A DNA stretch of 64,000 nt. It comes from Cyanidioschyzon merolae (Eukaryota). How positions within the stretch are numbered: the first letter of the stretch is position 1; each line of letters opens with the position of its first letter. The stretch lies in NCBI GenBank assembly GCA_000091205.1, contig AP006484.2; one strand, given 5' to 3'. Shown here piece by piece: positions 32,101-43,290 of this stretch. The notes under the pieces are model-generated. The model made no database searches and was not told the origin of the DNA. It saw nothing but the letters and a program-made list of their open reading frames with translations. A program made the translations under genes and the position numbers.

Positions 32101-33188
32101 TTCAGACGATGCATGATCTAGTAGCTGCATTTGAGCTGTTGGCACAAAATGCGCTGCAATACAATCCGGCGGATGATGAGAAGGGAATGCGCATCCGTTC
32201 GAAGGCGACTGCTCTATTGGATATCGTCCACCGCTGGGCGGATCTTCTCATGGATCCCGAGGAGAACGAGGAGGAGTCCACGATTATTGCCGAATGCGCT
32301 GCAATCGTAGAGCGCAGGAAGCACGAACGCCGAATCCTGCAGTTACAACGACGCCACACCCGATCTCTCGGAAGCGATGGCGTCTTGAGCATTTCGGAGG
32401 CTGCCCACCTTGTTTCCCAGTCCCGCAAGCACCACCGCATCCACGAAAGAGCCTCTGACACATTGCATGGATCTCTCCAAGATGAGCAGAACGGCCCTAT
32501 GCGTGCGTCCCAAAAAAATTTCGAGGATATCGAGACGCAGCCAAACGCCTACCTTTCGTCGATGGACAACGCGCACCCGCATATCAACGGGAGCGCTACG
32601 GAGTTCGCGCCTTGTCTTCGTCAGTCAGAGGGGACGAGCTCGACTTGCTTTCCCCGCGATGTGCAATGCTCACCACTGAGAGATGGATTCGCGACATCCG
32701 AAATGGCGACGCCAGCAGCGTTAATCGTCACTCATGATACCGGACTTTCGGCTGGAGATCGCTCCTCCACACCAGAAGTGCAAGAACAGACGTTGAAGGG
32801 AGTGCCCAGTGATTCGCCCAGAATTGTAGACATTTCGTCCAAGGAACTCGTGCAGGAGATTGCTCATACAGATTCCGAAATAACGAACTCGGCCACTGGA
32901 GCGCTGCATGACGGAAAGCGCCCTAACACGCAGCCCACAGCAAACCAGATGCTCTCGCCTTACATCAGACCACCCGACTCGATGCTTCTCGATACACTGG
33001 AAACGATCATAGCAACATCAGCTGGTTTGTCCGCAGAAGAGCTGATTCGCCTCTATGAACATCTTGCGCACTGCGTGCGACACAAGCACGCACGCACTGG
33101 AGATCGCATCGCAGTGCTGTCCGAGCTGCGTGACATGGCTGCACGCAGTCGGGCGCCCGTAGATGCGCTACGAGAGCCATCTCCCTGA
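29187..33188 (+). CDS. ATAD2: ATAD2/Yta7/Abo1-type AAA+ ATPase with C-terminal bromodomain
   Basis: Walker A [13 protein letters not shown], Walker B [10 protein letters not shown], sensor/arginine finger region [22 protein letters not shown]. A second degenerate AAA domain ([12 protein letters not shown]). Bromodomain at about 31900-32200 ([29 protein letters not shown]...ALQYNPADD). Acidic/Ser-rich N-terminus. Confidence 0.8.
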   Translation: [1333 protein letters not shown]

Positions 33189-34630
33189 TGGCAACTCTGA
33201 TCCGTTGTGCATGCGCTGCCTCTGCGCTTCAGGTGTGTGCGCGCGGGGAGCGCACTGCCTCGAGTCGAGCGCTGGCGCTTGCACACGCATCTGGTGATCC
33301 GTGCCGAGGTTCTCGCTATGCGTGAAATGGCATTGCGTGCATGCCGGGATCTCGCAGGTCGCAGCTCACGCATGACGTGTCGCTCGTTCCGCTGCTGCGT
33401 AACCTGGAGCGGCCTGGGCCCTCGTTTGATGAGGTTAAGGTGCTCTTGATGGTGCAGCAAATGTACAAATATCGAGAACGGCTCGTGTTGGGAAGCAGAT
33501 GCGCACCATGAATACGGTAAGCTACTCAGTGGTGGTGGGACCTTTATCGAGCACGACACGGTCGCTCAGAAGCATGCGTTTACATGCTTTGCGGAATACA
33601 TATGTACAAAAAATCCAGATTCTTTTGCGAAAGACCAAGCGTATGAGGTTCCGCCAAAGAACGAAAGCAAATGTCATGAATGGATGGACGCGAGTCACAG
33701 ACCGGGATGCGAATCACGACGGAAACATTGGCGCGGTTCCTTCTGCTCCCTAAAGGCCGTGATGTGTAAACCAATTGTTCTCGCGGATCGACGAATGGTT
33801 TCTGTTGGCGTTCTATGCAAGTCGCACAGCGAATCGATGTTTGAGAGAAAGATGGCAACCGGACTCGCACGCCCGCTACCAAGACGGAGCTTCGACGGGA
33901 TCCCCATCCGAGTCAGTAAAGACGCTTCCATATCAGCGAGGCCGTCCTCTACCGCGGCGACTGGCGCGAAAGCCTCCGATGGAACACCATTCAGCTCTTG
34001 AGCGCCACAGTGGAATCACAGCGTCTTGCTCGCGCCAGTGGGTGACACAGACTCGAGGACCATTAAATATTTGAAAAGGTATAATGGTCCGCTCGCTGAC
34101 TACCGCCAAATGTCGTACAGTCATGGAATGCTTGCATGGTGCACCGATGTCGCCCAGAAATGGAATGCAAAATTGTTGAAGGGTGTTCGATGCTTGAGAC
34201 TCTTCGACGAGTGCACGGCGTGCATGCGAGAGCACCAGCAAGCACAGCAGCTGCTGAAGGACTGAACCATCCCCTAAAGGTCGACATATACTGCGCAGAA
34301 AGCGGGATGCAAGTTTGACGCCCGGATCTTACAGCGCAAGGAACCAGTTCATGAAGATTTCGAGATGTGGCTAGCGGACGCAATTGCCGGCCCGATCTGC
34401 TTACTCGGATCAACGGCTAGCATATTGGTGCTTCTAACATCAAGCAGGCTTCGTGAGCGCACGACAGTAAAATTGATGCGGAAACGTAACTTTCAGTGCC
34501 TGTCAGCAAGCCCGAAGCCTTTGCCTCAGAAATTCCATCCAGTCTCAGGGCACAGCATCCAAGCCGAGCACTTTTGGATGCGCACATACAGCTCGTAAAC
34601 GAAGCGCTGCCGTCATCGAGCGGTTGCTCG

Positions 34631-36457
34631 CTACGAAGGACTCGAGTTCCCGAGTTCGATCCTGCCAGGGGTCATGTCGTTTCTGCTGATTCGCCGCATT
34701 CGCCGACGGCGTCTCCTGCGACGAATGAAGAGCACCAGGAGGCCGACAATCAGTGCCGCGACCGCTGCAGAGGCTACCGTCACAATGCTCGCGATCGCAG
34801 CAGTGTCTAGTGCGTTTCCGCTGCTGGGTGCAGTCTTATCACCAAGTTGCTTCCAATTCATCGAGAGGGCATTGCGGGAGGAGCAGCCCATAACACGTAC
34901 AGGTGTGCCCGTTTCGCTGGTCAGATATTTCGCTAGATCCGCGCTTTGAATTCTTGAAAGGAATCTACCAGCGAAAGCAGGTCCAATAAGCATGATGTAC
35001 TGAGCGAGCGTTCCGCGCGCGAGAGTTTTCCCATGACCACCGCCACCGGAAGCCGTCTCATAGAGCACGATGTCTAGCAGTGGAATCGACGAACTTGCAA
35101 GAATTTCCTGTACGCCCCGTCGCAAGGACGAGTCAATTGCCACGGTAAATTGTTCAGGAGCATACCACGAGAGTTTCGGAAAGTATATCAGAACATACAT
35201 GGGCAGAGATCCGGGAGTCGTGGGTAATCCTCCTCGCAAAGCGCGGGCAGGTGCCTCTAAAGGCCTCTGCCTCCATCGCATTCGCCAAATATCTCCGAAG
35301 ACGGTCTCGTTGCCGAGGCCCCCAATCAACACTAGACTCTCATCATTCACGAGAGTCATCGTGTGGAAGCTGCGCGCGAGGGGCGTATCAGAAGCTGCAG
35401 AGCTGTTACACTCTTGAAGTCTTCGCCAGTTTGCCGCACCTCTGCCGTCAATGTGCACCAACCAGAGATCGTTGAGAGGAACCAATTCGCCCGGATGGCA
35501 CGCTGTCCGATTACCCGAACAAGTGCGGCCTCCAAACAGAATCCAACTCGGATACTGCGACAACCAGGAGGGCGCGCGAGTAAGGGTATGCCCCTCGCGC
35601 GGCAGCGGCAGCGCTTGTGAATCAGCAGATGGAGGAACGTTCTGCCACTCTCCTGATGCGGTGCGGAATATCCATAAATCGTTGAAGACTCTGTATTCTG
35701 TACTGCTGCCATTGATTGAGGCTCGAGAGCCACCGAAGTATAACGAATCTCGGTCGGAAAACGGAGCAGCTGCAGCGGCTGCCCTGGCTGCTGGATAAGT
35801 AGAGTCCTGCTCTGGAGGCCCAGACTCTGCGCAGCTCGCCCCCATACGAGTCGGAAAAAGGATATTCCAGGTGCTCTTCGGGAAATCGAACATAAACACG
35901 CACCGCGAGTAGACTCCATTTCCGATATCACCACCAAAGTAGAGTATCTGTTGGCCGCGCCTCGTCATAGATATGGCTTGTTTCTGGATCGGAATGATGC
36001 CGCGACCCCATCCTGACGGCCATAGCGAGCTCATTCGGTACAATGGAGAACGCTCGATGACCTGCATTCGATCCGCCCAGTTCATAGGCCGTCGAAGAAT
36101 GTCCAATAAGTAAAAACTGTTCGTCAACGCTTCGCTGTCAGCAGTGGTGGTGCTGGCATCCGCGTCAGCTGTGAGGCCCCCGAAAACGACGAGACGGTGG
36201 CCCGCAACAACCGCCGCTTGGAAACTTCGAGCTGCAGGTACCGATCCATCGGCCAGCTCAGATCTGCACGACTCTGAAACGGGGTCGAACAGAAATACAT
36301 CGCCAAAAGGTGTCGCGTCGAAACCGCGACCGGCGTATATATAGACCAGGTCTGTTGTTCCGTTGAAGAAACTGGGTGCTGAGTGACCGTATCGAGGCTC
36401 TAGTGGGTAGTGACTGCTGCGCAGTTTCGACCATTCCACACAGACAGCAGCGACCAT
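34631..36457 (-). CDS. Kelch/galactose-oxidase-type beta-propeller protein with a C-terminal transmembrane helix followed by a poly-Arg stop-transfer (RRRRRRRRMRR)
   Basis: Repeated kelch-blade motifs (YGHSAP...IYAGRG; GHRLVVFGG; ILYFGGD; WILFGGR; LVLIGGLG) and a hydrophobic segment TAAIASIVTVASAAVAALIVGLLVLFI immediately before RRRRRRR near the C-terminus. No obvious N-terminal signal peptide, so the start is uncertain. Confidence 0.6.
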   Translation of the reverse strand: MVAAVCVEWSKLRSSHYPLEPRYGHSAPSFFNGTTDLVYIYAGRGFDATPFGDVFLFDPVSESCRSELADGSVPAARSFQAAVVAGHRLVVFGGLTADADASTTTADSEALTNSFYLLDILRRPMNWADRMQVIERSPLYRMSSLWPSGWGRGIIPIQKQAISMTRRGQQILYFGGDIGNGVYSRCVFMFDFPKSTWNILFPTRMGASCAESGPPEQDSTYPAARAAAAAAPFSDRDSLYFGGSRASINGSSTEYRVFNDLWIFRTASGEWQNVPPSADSQALPLPREGHTLTRAPSWLSQYPSWILFGGRTCSGNRTACHPGELVPLNDLWLVHIDGRGAANWRRLQECNSSAASDTPLARSFHTMTLVNDESLVLIGGLGNETVFGDIWRMRWRQRPLEAPARALRGGLPTTPGSLPMYVLIYFPKLSWYAPEQFTVAIDSSLRRGVQEILASSSIPLLDIVLYETASGGGGHGKTLARGTLAQYIMLIGPAFAGRFLSRIQSADLAKYLTSETGTPVRVMGCSSRNALSMNWKQLGDKTAPSSGNALDTAAIASIVTVASAAVAALIVGLLVLFIRRRRRRRRMRRISRNDMTPGRIELGNSSPS

Positions 36458-36689
36458 GGAACAAAGACCACTACACCCGCTCGAAGAGGATACTTAAATT
36501 TGCGGAGAAACAGATCGCTGCTTGCGCCATGTGCTACCCAATCACCAGTATGAACCATTTTGGAACCTAAATGTATATTTAGTTTCATTATAACCCCATG
36601 GCGGCACGTGCGGAGACTTTTGACCTGATCGTTGCTCCTTGCGTAAGGCGCTTGTAGTCTCCCAAATCAATCGTGCTCAACCCCCAGGT

Positions 36690-37600
36690 GCAAATAATCA
36701 AATGCTTTTGTCGCGGTTTAAGGCAGATGCATTCGATGGGCATTCATTTTCAAAAATTAACAATCCAAGGGAAAGGTATTGGCATGGAAGTCGAGGTTCC
36801 TGAAAGCTTGGTGTTGCCAGATCGGTGAAAAATCGGAAAAAACTTTTCTCCCAACAATCGAGCAAAGAAGAGCCAGTGCTTGAAAAGAAGTTGAAAGGGA
36901 GGCGGTCGAGAAAAAAAGTTTTGCCCAAAGGGACGATGACGAGACTGTAGTGGCACAGAGGGCATGAGTTCTAGGAATCCCTCCACTGGTGCGTACAAGC
37001 AGTAGCTAGAAACGCGTGTAATTCGTGAGCTGCGACTTAACCGCCGCCGTTAACACCAGGAGATGTGCGATGCTGAAGACGAGACCCTCAGAGCTGACGC
37101 GGACGAACTTTGTGGAGCAGCCCTTCTTGGATCGAATTGTACAAGGAGTTGAGGCGGAGAGCATGCTGCCGGTCAAAATGACTGGGAGGAGTCTGCGCGT
37201 GGGTAGATATGTGTGCTCCCAATGTTCCTAGAACGTTTATCGTTATGCTGAAGCGCATGTAAAAAGTAGTGTTGAATTCTTTCTTGTACAATAATGTGGT
37301 GCAATTTGCTGCACCCACGAGTTGAGATGAAAGAGAAAGATCAAAAACATTCAGAAATGCGATGTTTGCGCATACTGCACGTTAGGAAAGAAGAATGCCG
37401 GAGGTTTGTACGATGAATTGGATAATGACAGCAGTCAGTTTACGAACGCTCGGTCGAATGCATTCCAAATCATCTTGATTCTGGTGACGCTGTAAAGTTC
37501 AGCTGCAAAAATCGATGGAGCAACATCGAGAGCGAACAGAGATCCCTCGAAGTACTTATGAATTCCCAAGCCCTAATTGTAGCCCGTTGTATGCCAAGGC
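36690..37600 (+). mobile_element. TnpB/Fanzor-like element copy E (subfamily 2), internally deleted derivative
   Basis: Left-end-like AATGCTTTTGTCGCGG at about 36700 is joined directly to the ORF 3-prime portion (...GTMTRL... DLTAAVNTRRCAMLKTRPSEL = degenerate RuvC-III, ending ...GRSLRVGRY). It is followed by the conserved 3-prime module at 37430-37570. Confidence 0.5.
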
Positions 37601-38339
37601 TGTATAAAAGTTCCTTGAAACATCGAAAGTCCGGAATGGAGCGAGCTGTTCAGTGGTTAACTTAAATCTTAAACGGGTTTAGCACTGCGGTCGCATGGGC
37701 TATAACGCACTCCATGTCCATGCCGCCGTCCCTAGCATGCCACATCCTGCTCGTAAGCGGATGCTGAGCATTTACACAAGTTGATTAGTACGCATCGAAC
37801 AATCAATCCTTGCCAACGAAAGGGAGCTGATGCCTCCCCTTCAGCGCTCCGCATTTACAGATGGTTGCGATGAAAACGCTGGCAATTCTACTGGAAATCA
37901 CAGGACGGTGGAACAGGCTTCGTTTTACTCGAAGCACAACTCTGGTCACGTATTTCGCTCCGGCACTCTCACATTGTGGCCACAGAGCGTATCACTCACA
38001 GCTTGAAACGCGTGCTGGAGCCCATGCAGTATGCGTCTTCGGATGAATGAGCGCTGCGGAAGGTTTCACTCAGACGCCTCCCGGAGCTGTCCTGTTAACG
38101 GTTGAAATTCATATCATAGAGCAGAATTGTAAATCGAGCTCTTGCACCTCTTGTGGCACAGGGACTGATAAGCGCTTCGCCCTCAATGCTCTTTATTCAT
38201 TGCAAAAAGCAAAGCTCCCAAACGCTACTGGATTGAATGCGTACAATGCAGAACCAAGACTGTAGCGTACTCCCCGATGCTACGGCATCGACTGCCACTT
38301 TCATGCTTTACATCCTCAAATGCTGCTGCCAGCTGGGGT

Positions 38340-39851
38340 CTATGAGTTTTCGGCATAGATATTCGAGGGAAGAAGAATATGAAGGCCAACCTGCCCCAGC
38401 GCCGCCAAGCAGTCCATCTGGGAGGATGTTTCAATCCAATGTGCCTCTTTCGCGGATTTCAAACCCTCGTGCAGAAATAGTAGCTGCGCTGGAATGTCAT
38501 CTACAGAGTCAGACGATGCCAACCCGTCACACTTCCGGTCTAGTCTTGCCGGGTCTTCCTCAAATAGTGGTTCAAGCGACAAGTCCCAGATGCTAACGGA
38601 GCCGTCGCCACATGTCGCACAGAACATCGAAGGCTCGATTCTGTTCCACTCGAGGGAATAGATCGGATCCTTATGGTATGAGAGGCTCGCCACAGGCGTC
38701 GAACCTTCGATACTGCCGCTCATCCGCAGGTCCCACACGTGAATCTGCCCTTGGTCGTCCCCTGATATGATTTGCTTTGGATAGCGGCGGTTCCATGCGA
38801 TGGCGTTGACATCACAGGGATGGGCTTCCGTCAGTTCTATAGCGGGACGATTCGCGGCCCGAAGATCGAGCACTTTAATGGAACGATCGCATGAACAGGA
38901 TGCAATTAGAGACGGCTCCGTTGGACTCCACTGAAGATCTTCGATTGAAGCACCATGTAATCTAAGCATCCTGTCACCGTTCGGTTGCAAAATTGCCCAG
39001 CCCGATTCGTTGCTTTGGATGATAGCGAGCTGACCATATATATCACCGACAGCTAGCATACCGACTTGGAGCGTCGACCAATCCAGGGCGAAACCCTCCT
39101 GGCCACTTCTATCCAGCAACCGAAAGACGGGTTCAGTTGGTAAGGCTTCGCGGAATGGGACCGTATCCGCCGCTTGTGGAGGTAGCGCGGTGAGAGCATC
39201 GGCAAGGTTGAAAATTGACACCCCGGAAGACTCCCCCCAACAGGCTGCAACGTGTGGCGCCTGCGGCAGGCAGCGGACCCTATTCGTGCACTCACCACGT
39301 GGTATCCTTACAGCGCTGATTTTCGGTCGTCGCCTCCTTGTGGATCGGTCATCCGCTCTCTCGAGATCACTCGAGTCAACTACGATTTCACTTTCTGTTT
39401 CAGAATCACTGCCAGAACTGCTGCTCGATCCGTCGCTTGCGGTTAAAGCTAGTCCACTCAAGTGCAAGAGATAAAGAGCATTCGCGTCTGCAAAGCGTGC
39501 CTGCGAGCCTAGCAGGAGCCATAGTTCACCGTCGTCCTTGAAGTTTTCGGGGACGCGGCACCAGTCGAAAGAGAGACAGGGCCACTCCAAGGTAAGCCGA
39601 TGCAGCTGTTTATAAACGCTCAAGTCATAAACAGTCTCCGTAGACTCCGTATACACAGAACCTGTGCCAGTCTTTGTCTTCCTCCTGCAGGAGGTATTCT
39701 TGCTCGCGCTCGTCGAAGGGAAGTTGCTCCGCTGGGCTGCTCCTTTTCGCCGGAGACCTTTTGGCATGCTGCTTTCGGAGCTAGGCAATAGAGTCGAAAG
39801 GCAAACTATGGACGTCGCTGCATAGCGTCTCAGTCTGCCGGCGAACGCCAA
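38340..39851 (-). CDS. GRWD1: Glutamate-rich WD-repeat protein GRWD1 / Rrb1 homologue
   Basis: N-terminal LEWPCLSFDW, an acidic Ser/Asp stretch, and C-terminal WD40 blades (WNRRYPKQIISGDDQGQIHVWDLR; GHKDPIYSLEW; SVSIWDL), characteristic of GRWD1/RRB1. Confidence 0.75.
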   Translation of the reverse strand: MAFAGRLRRYAATSIVCLSTLLPSSESSMPKGLRRKGAAQRSNFPSTSASKNTSCRRKTKTGTGSVYTESTETVYDLSVYKQLHRLTLEWPCLSFDWCRVPENFKDDGELWLLLGSQARFADANALYLLHLSGLALTASDGSSSSSGSDSETESEIVVDSSDLERADDRSTRRRRPKISAVRIPRGECTNRVRCLPQAPHVAACWGESSGVSIFNLADALTALPPQAADTVPFREALPTEPVFRLLDRSGQEGFALDWSTLQVGMLAVGDIYGQLAIIQSNESGWAILQPNGDRMLRLHGASIEDLQWSPTEPSLIASCSCDRSIKVLDLRAANRPAIELTEAHPCDVNAIAWNRRYPKQIISGDDQGQIHVWDLRMSGSIEGSTPVASLSYHKDPIYSLEWNRIEPSMFCATCGDGSVSIWDLSLEPLFEEDPARLDRKCDGLASSDSVDDIPAQLLFLHEGLKSAKEAHWIETSSQMDCLAALGQVGLHILLPSNIYAENS

Positions 39852-39889
39852 TGCTGCTGCACGCAGTCAAAATGGACGCCAGAACCGCA

Positions 39890-41297
39890 TCGAACGTGCA
39901 CTACATGAAATGTTTCCATCCATGGCATTATAGAGCGGAACGAGTTCCAGCGAGGTAAGACGGCCACACACAATCAAGCATGAGCGTCTTCTCGCTGTCA
40001 TCAACACAGGCTTTTGCCGGGTTCTTTGTGACGAGTTCCTTCGTCCCTCCCTTATATCCTTCTTTGAATACGTCGGTCTCCCCTTTCCCTCGGCATCTGT
40101 TGTCCGCAGACGGAGGAGGTTCATGGCAGCGTTACTGTCCAGACTCCGCACGTTCCGACTGTTGGCCGCACACTTCATGCGCACGCAGGCGTTGCAATCT
40201 ATTTATCGCTTACTGCACTCATTTTCTATGTTTACGGCCTCGGTGCGCCTCTCGCAGGGATGACACCTGCTTATGGTGAAATTCCCTCACATTTCCGCCA
40301 CATATTCTATCTAGAGCGCCGCCACGTAGCGCGCGAACGCGTGCTTCATCCGTCGGTATGTGCCCTTGACATGCACAGGAGGCTCTCTTCAGTGCCCCCC
40401 TCTGTTTGGTCGTCTGGTACGGTACCCCACGATCACGGGCTTGCTGTGAGCGATTCCAGGGGTGCGTTTTCTGTCCAGCGCACACGCGAGCACACGTTGT
40501 TCCATTCGATGAAGGATTCGTCGAATGCAATACTATCTCTGATGAAACAAGAGCCGGAAGCAAGGTCGAGACTGAAGAACAATTCGAAACGTTTCGATGC
40601 ATCTACGCTCCGTTCGTGCAACCAGGTGACGCACGCTTCACCCGGGGAGATCACAGCAATGACTAAAGGCCGAGTCCGGGACCCGTTTCCGCGCAAACGG
40701 AAACTGCGGGAGCCCCTGGGCATCATACCCAGTGAGATGTGTGGTGCCGTTGTCGAAAGCCGTTTCGTCGATAGCCACAAAGAGAGGAGGATTTTTCTCG
40801 CGAACGCGATCGATTATTTGACGTGAACAGCCCAGTGAAGTTGCAACACGAGCTTGTGAAATAGCAGTCGAAGGATGGCGTCTTGGCAAGCACTTTTCCT
40901 CGTCCATCCAGGGGCGCGACATGCTGCGCACGCGAGTTGCCCTGAAACAGAAAGATCGAAGACTTGAAGAATGCGTGATCTAGGCATGCTATGTGTAAGC
41001 AAAAGAGAAGTGCCGCGGCACGTACGCGTCGAAATGTTTTACGATATCGGCTATTTTATTAGCCCGCGTTCGAGCGCGTCGCGAACCATTGTGATCATGG
41101 TCATGCGAAGTATTCCCGGGGTAAAGACTCGGAGGCATCACATCGGAAAGACGTCCGCGGATTCTCGACTGTTTGCGAATCCTCACGCGGTTATCGCTGC
41201 TTATCGGATGTCGAGCATGTACATCCCAAAAGTTCGGAAAAAATGAATGGCAAGAATAGAGTACGCATGTCAGTTTCCTTTCTTAATCCAACACGAA
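39890..41297 (+). repeat. Rep1a: 1.4-kb non-coding repeat, homologous to the 3-prime non-coding region of the TnpB/Fanzor-like elements (a non-autonomous derivative); 46 bp upstream of the GRWD1 start codon
   Basis: About 99.5% identical to 47843-49250 (all ORF-track translations are identical apart from 1-2 residues). 40780-41210 aligns to 28478-28900 downstream of copy D, and the first 100 bp align to 28125-28200. It contains the conserved module. No convincing protein-coding content. Confidence 0.7.
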
Positions 41298-41931
41298 TAT
41301 CGAGCTTGAAACCCTGTCCTGGACTCTCTCTCGAACAGAAACATCGTAGGGAGAGTATGGATGAAGGGCCTTTTACGCAATATCTGAATATGCGGAGCAT
41401 CTACCATCGTCAATCTGCATCTTAGGCCTTGGAGTATGCAAACACGATGACCAAGGCGAAGCAGAGCGAACGCGATCGATTTTTCGAAGCGGAACATGAA
41501 AATTTCCACTGTTTAGTGTAGAATCAAAATGGGTTTTCACAAGTTTCCAGCAGTGCAGAACAGTTGGTCTTCATTTTCAACGCAAACGAAGGCGCGGAGT
41601 ACTTGCGTTCCAGTCTATATATTTATTGCACCTACTAAATCGGCCACAACATGGAACAGTAATTTTAACAGTACGGAAAATCACCCTTCCCGCAGAGCTT
41701 ATTCGTCCCGACAAGAGGCCAGCACCTGCTAAACCGTATGGCGAATTCAATCCAAAAATTTTTCTGACTTCCAGCGTCAAGAACGCAGGGCCTACGTATC
41801 TTGAGGTTAAAATGTTCAAGTCGAATTTCACTCGAAATACACGGTTCTCGGGTAAGATAGGAATCAATGGTTCCAGAGTTCTCAAAATCGGGATCGAATA
41901 AACAAAAAGAGTGGGACTGCGATCTTCTTAG

Positions 41932-43290
41932 AGTTTTCATCTCAATTTTGTCGCACCCGCGCTGCGGTGCGTACAAAGAGTGATCGAAATGACTATGCAA
42001 GATACCATAGATATCGAGGTCGGATTGTCCGTAAGTTACATTCTTTACTAAACCGTGCATGGATCGCTGCATTCCTCCTTCAGGTACGTATACCATAATA
42101 TTCAGATGGTTGAGAAGCACTGAAAGAAAGAAGTATATGCACTCCGCGTCGAAAAGCGATATTTCCAGCGACTACTTGGTGGCGATGCTAGAAAATAACC
42201 CGTGGATCGAGTTAGGGAAAGCAAAACCTGCGATAATGGCTGCCACAGGCGTCCTTCTTTCCCACAAGCTTGTTCGTGTGATCCTAGAACACTGGGATAC
42301 AGTCTCAAAGAACGAGTCCTAGTTCATGCGCGGCCATCATCCACCGAAATCGGAACTATAGTGTTCCTGGCACGACGCGATCCGTAGAAAGCAGAAGATC
42401 GTCGGTTTGTTTTTTCAGTCGATGAGACTTGCTTCGGACGACACGGTCGGAGCGTATATGGGCGTTCGTGGAGCAGGGCACCCATTGTGTGTATCATCTA
42501 ACTCGAAGAGAACGATCACATCATCATCTGTTCTAGATGCAGTGGATTCATTTGGCGGCCTCAGTTTCGCTCGTGGTGGAGGCTCATGCAACAGCACCCT
42601 CTTCTTTGAATCATTGAAGACTTTTCCCTGATGTCAAGCGTAGTCCTGCTATCGGACAGCGTGACATTTTACCATTCCCTTGCGATCGAGCCTCTGCCGA
42701 TTTTATCCGGATAGGTCTGCTTGCCATTCCTCCGTGCTCTCCGTGACTAAACCCCATCGAAGAAGCGCTTTCTATCGTGAAACGTAACCATCGCTCCATT
42801 GGGTGAAGCGCTGAAGCGTTCAGCACACGGTGACACACCAGGGCACATGTCGTCTCGCTTCCGCAAGTCCTTCTTGATCCGTGAAGATCCTCACTTAAGG
42901 GCATGAAGAAGTGTGTTCGTTTTGAAGAAATACAATACCCGAGAGATGAGCTGGGGTGCACACTTCAGAACGTCGAGATGAAGAAAAGCCAGCGGAGCGC
43001 TTCGCTGGTAGAAAAGCACGGAGTGTTGAGAGAGCAGCAAATGGCGCAGACGGCACGTGTTCGAGGAATCCCGCCACAGTTGTGCTCAACGAGAGGCAAA
43101 AAAAACGCATGAAATTCTTGAACCGAGACTTCAATGCCGCTATCAATTTCAGACGGTGTGCGTTGCTGAAGACGGAACCCGAGGAGCTGAGGAGGTATAA
43201 CTTTGTGCGGCAGCCTCTCCCGGCGGAAGTCTATGAGGTGAAGATGAAAACGATAGCAGTGGGCCGGTTGAAAGAGACTGGGAGTTGTCC
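41932..43290 (+). mobile_element. Rep2a: TnpB/Fanzor-like element copy F (subfamily 2), left end plus degenerate ORF. Diverged homology to the 3-prime region continues to about 43800
   Basis: 100% identical at translation level to 55942-57290. Left end TTTTCATCTCAATTTTGTCGCACCC. Frame-consistent homology to copy D (...LVRVILEHWDTVSKNES*...FFQSMRLASDDTV...). C-terminal ...DELGCTLQNVEMKKSQRS...KKRMKFLNRDFNAAINFRRCALLKTEPEEL (RuvC-III)...GRLKET. Several in-frame stops. Confidence 0.65.

Noticed and set aside
40260-40826. 188-aa ORF (and its identical copy 48213..48779) inside Rep1 as a possible element-encoded protein
   Set aside because: No recognisable motif. Overlapped by comparable ORFs in other frames and on the other strand. 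The region aligns to non-coding 3-prime sequence of copy D, where it is not open. Most likely a chance ORF, though a small accessory protein cannot be excluded.
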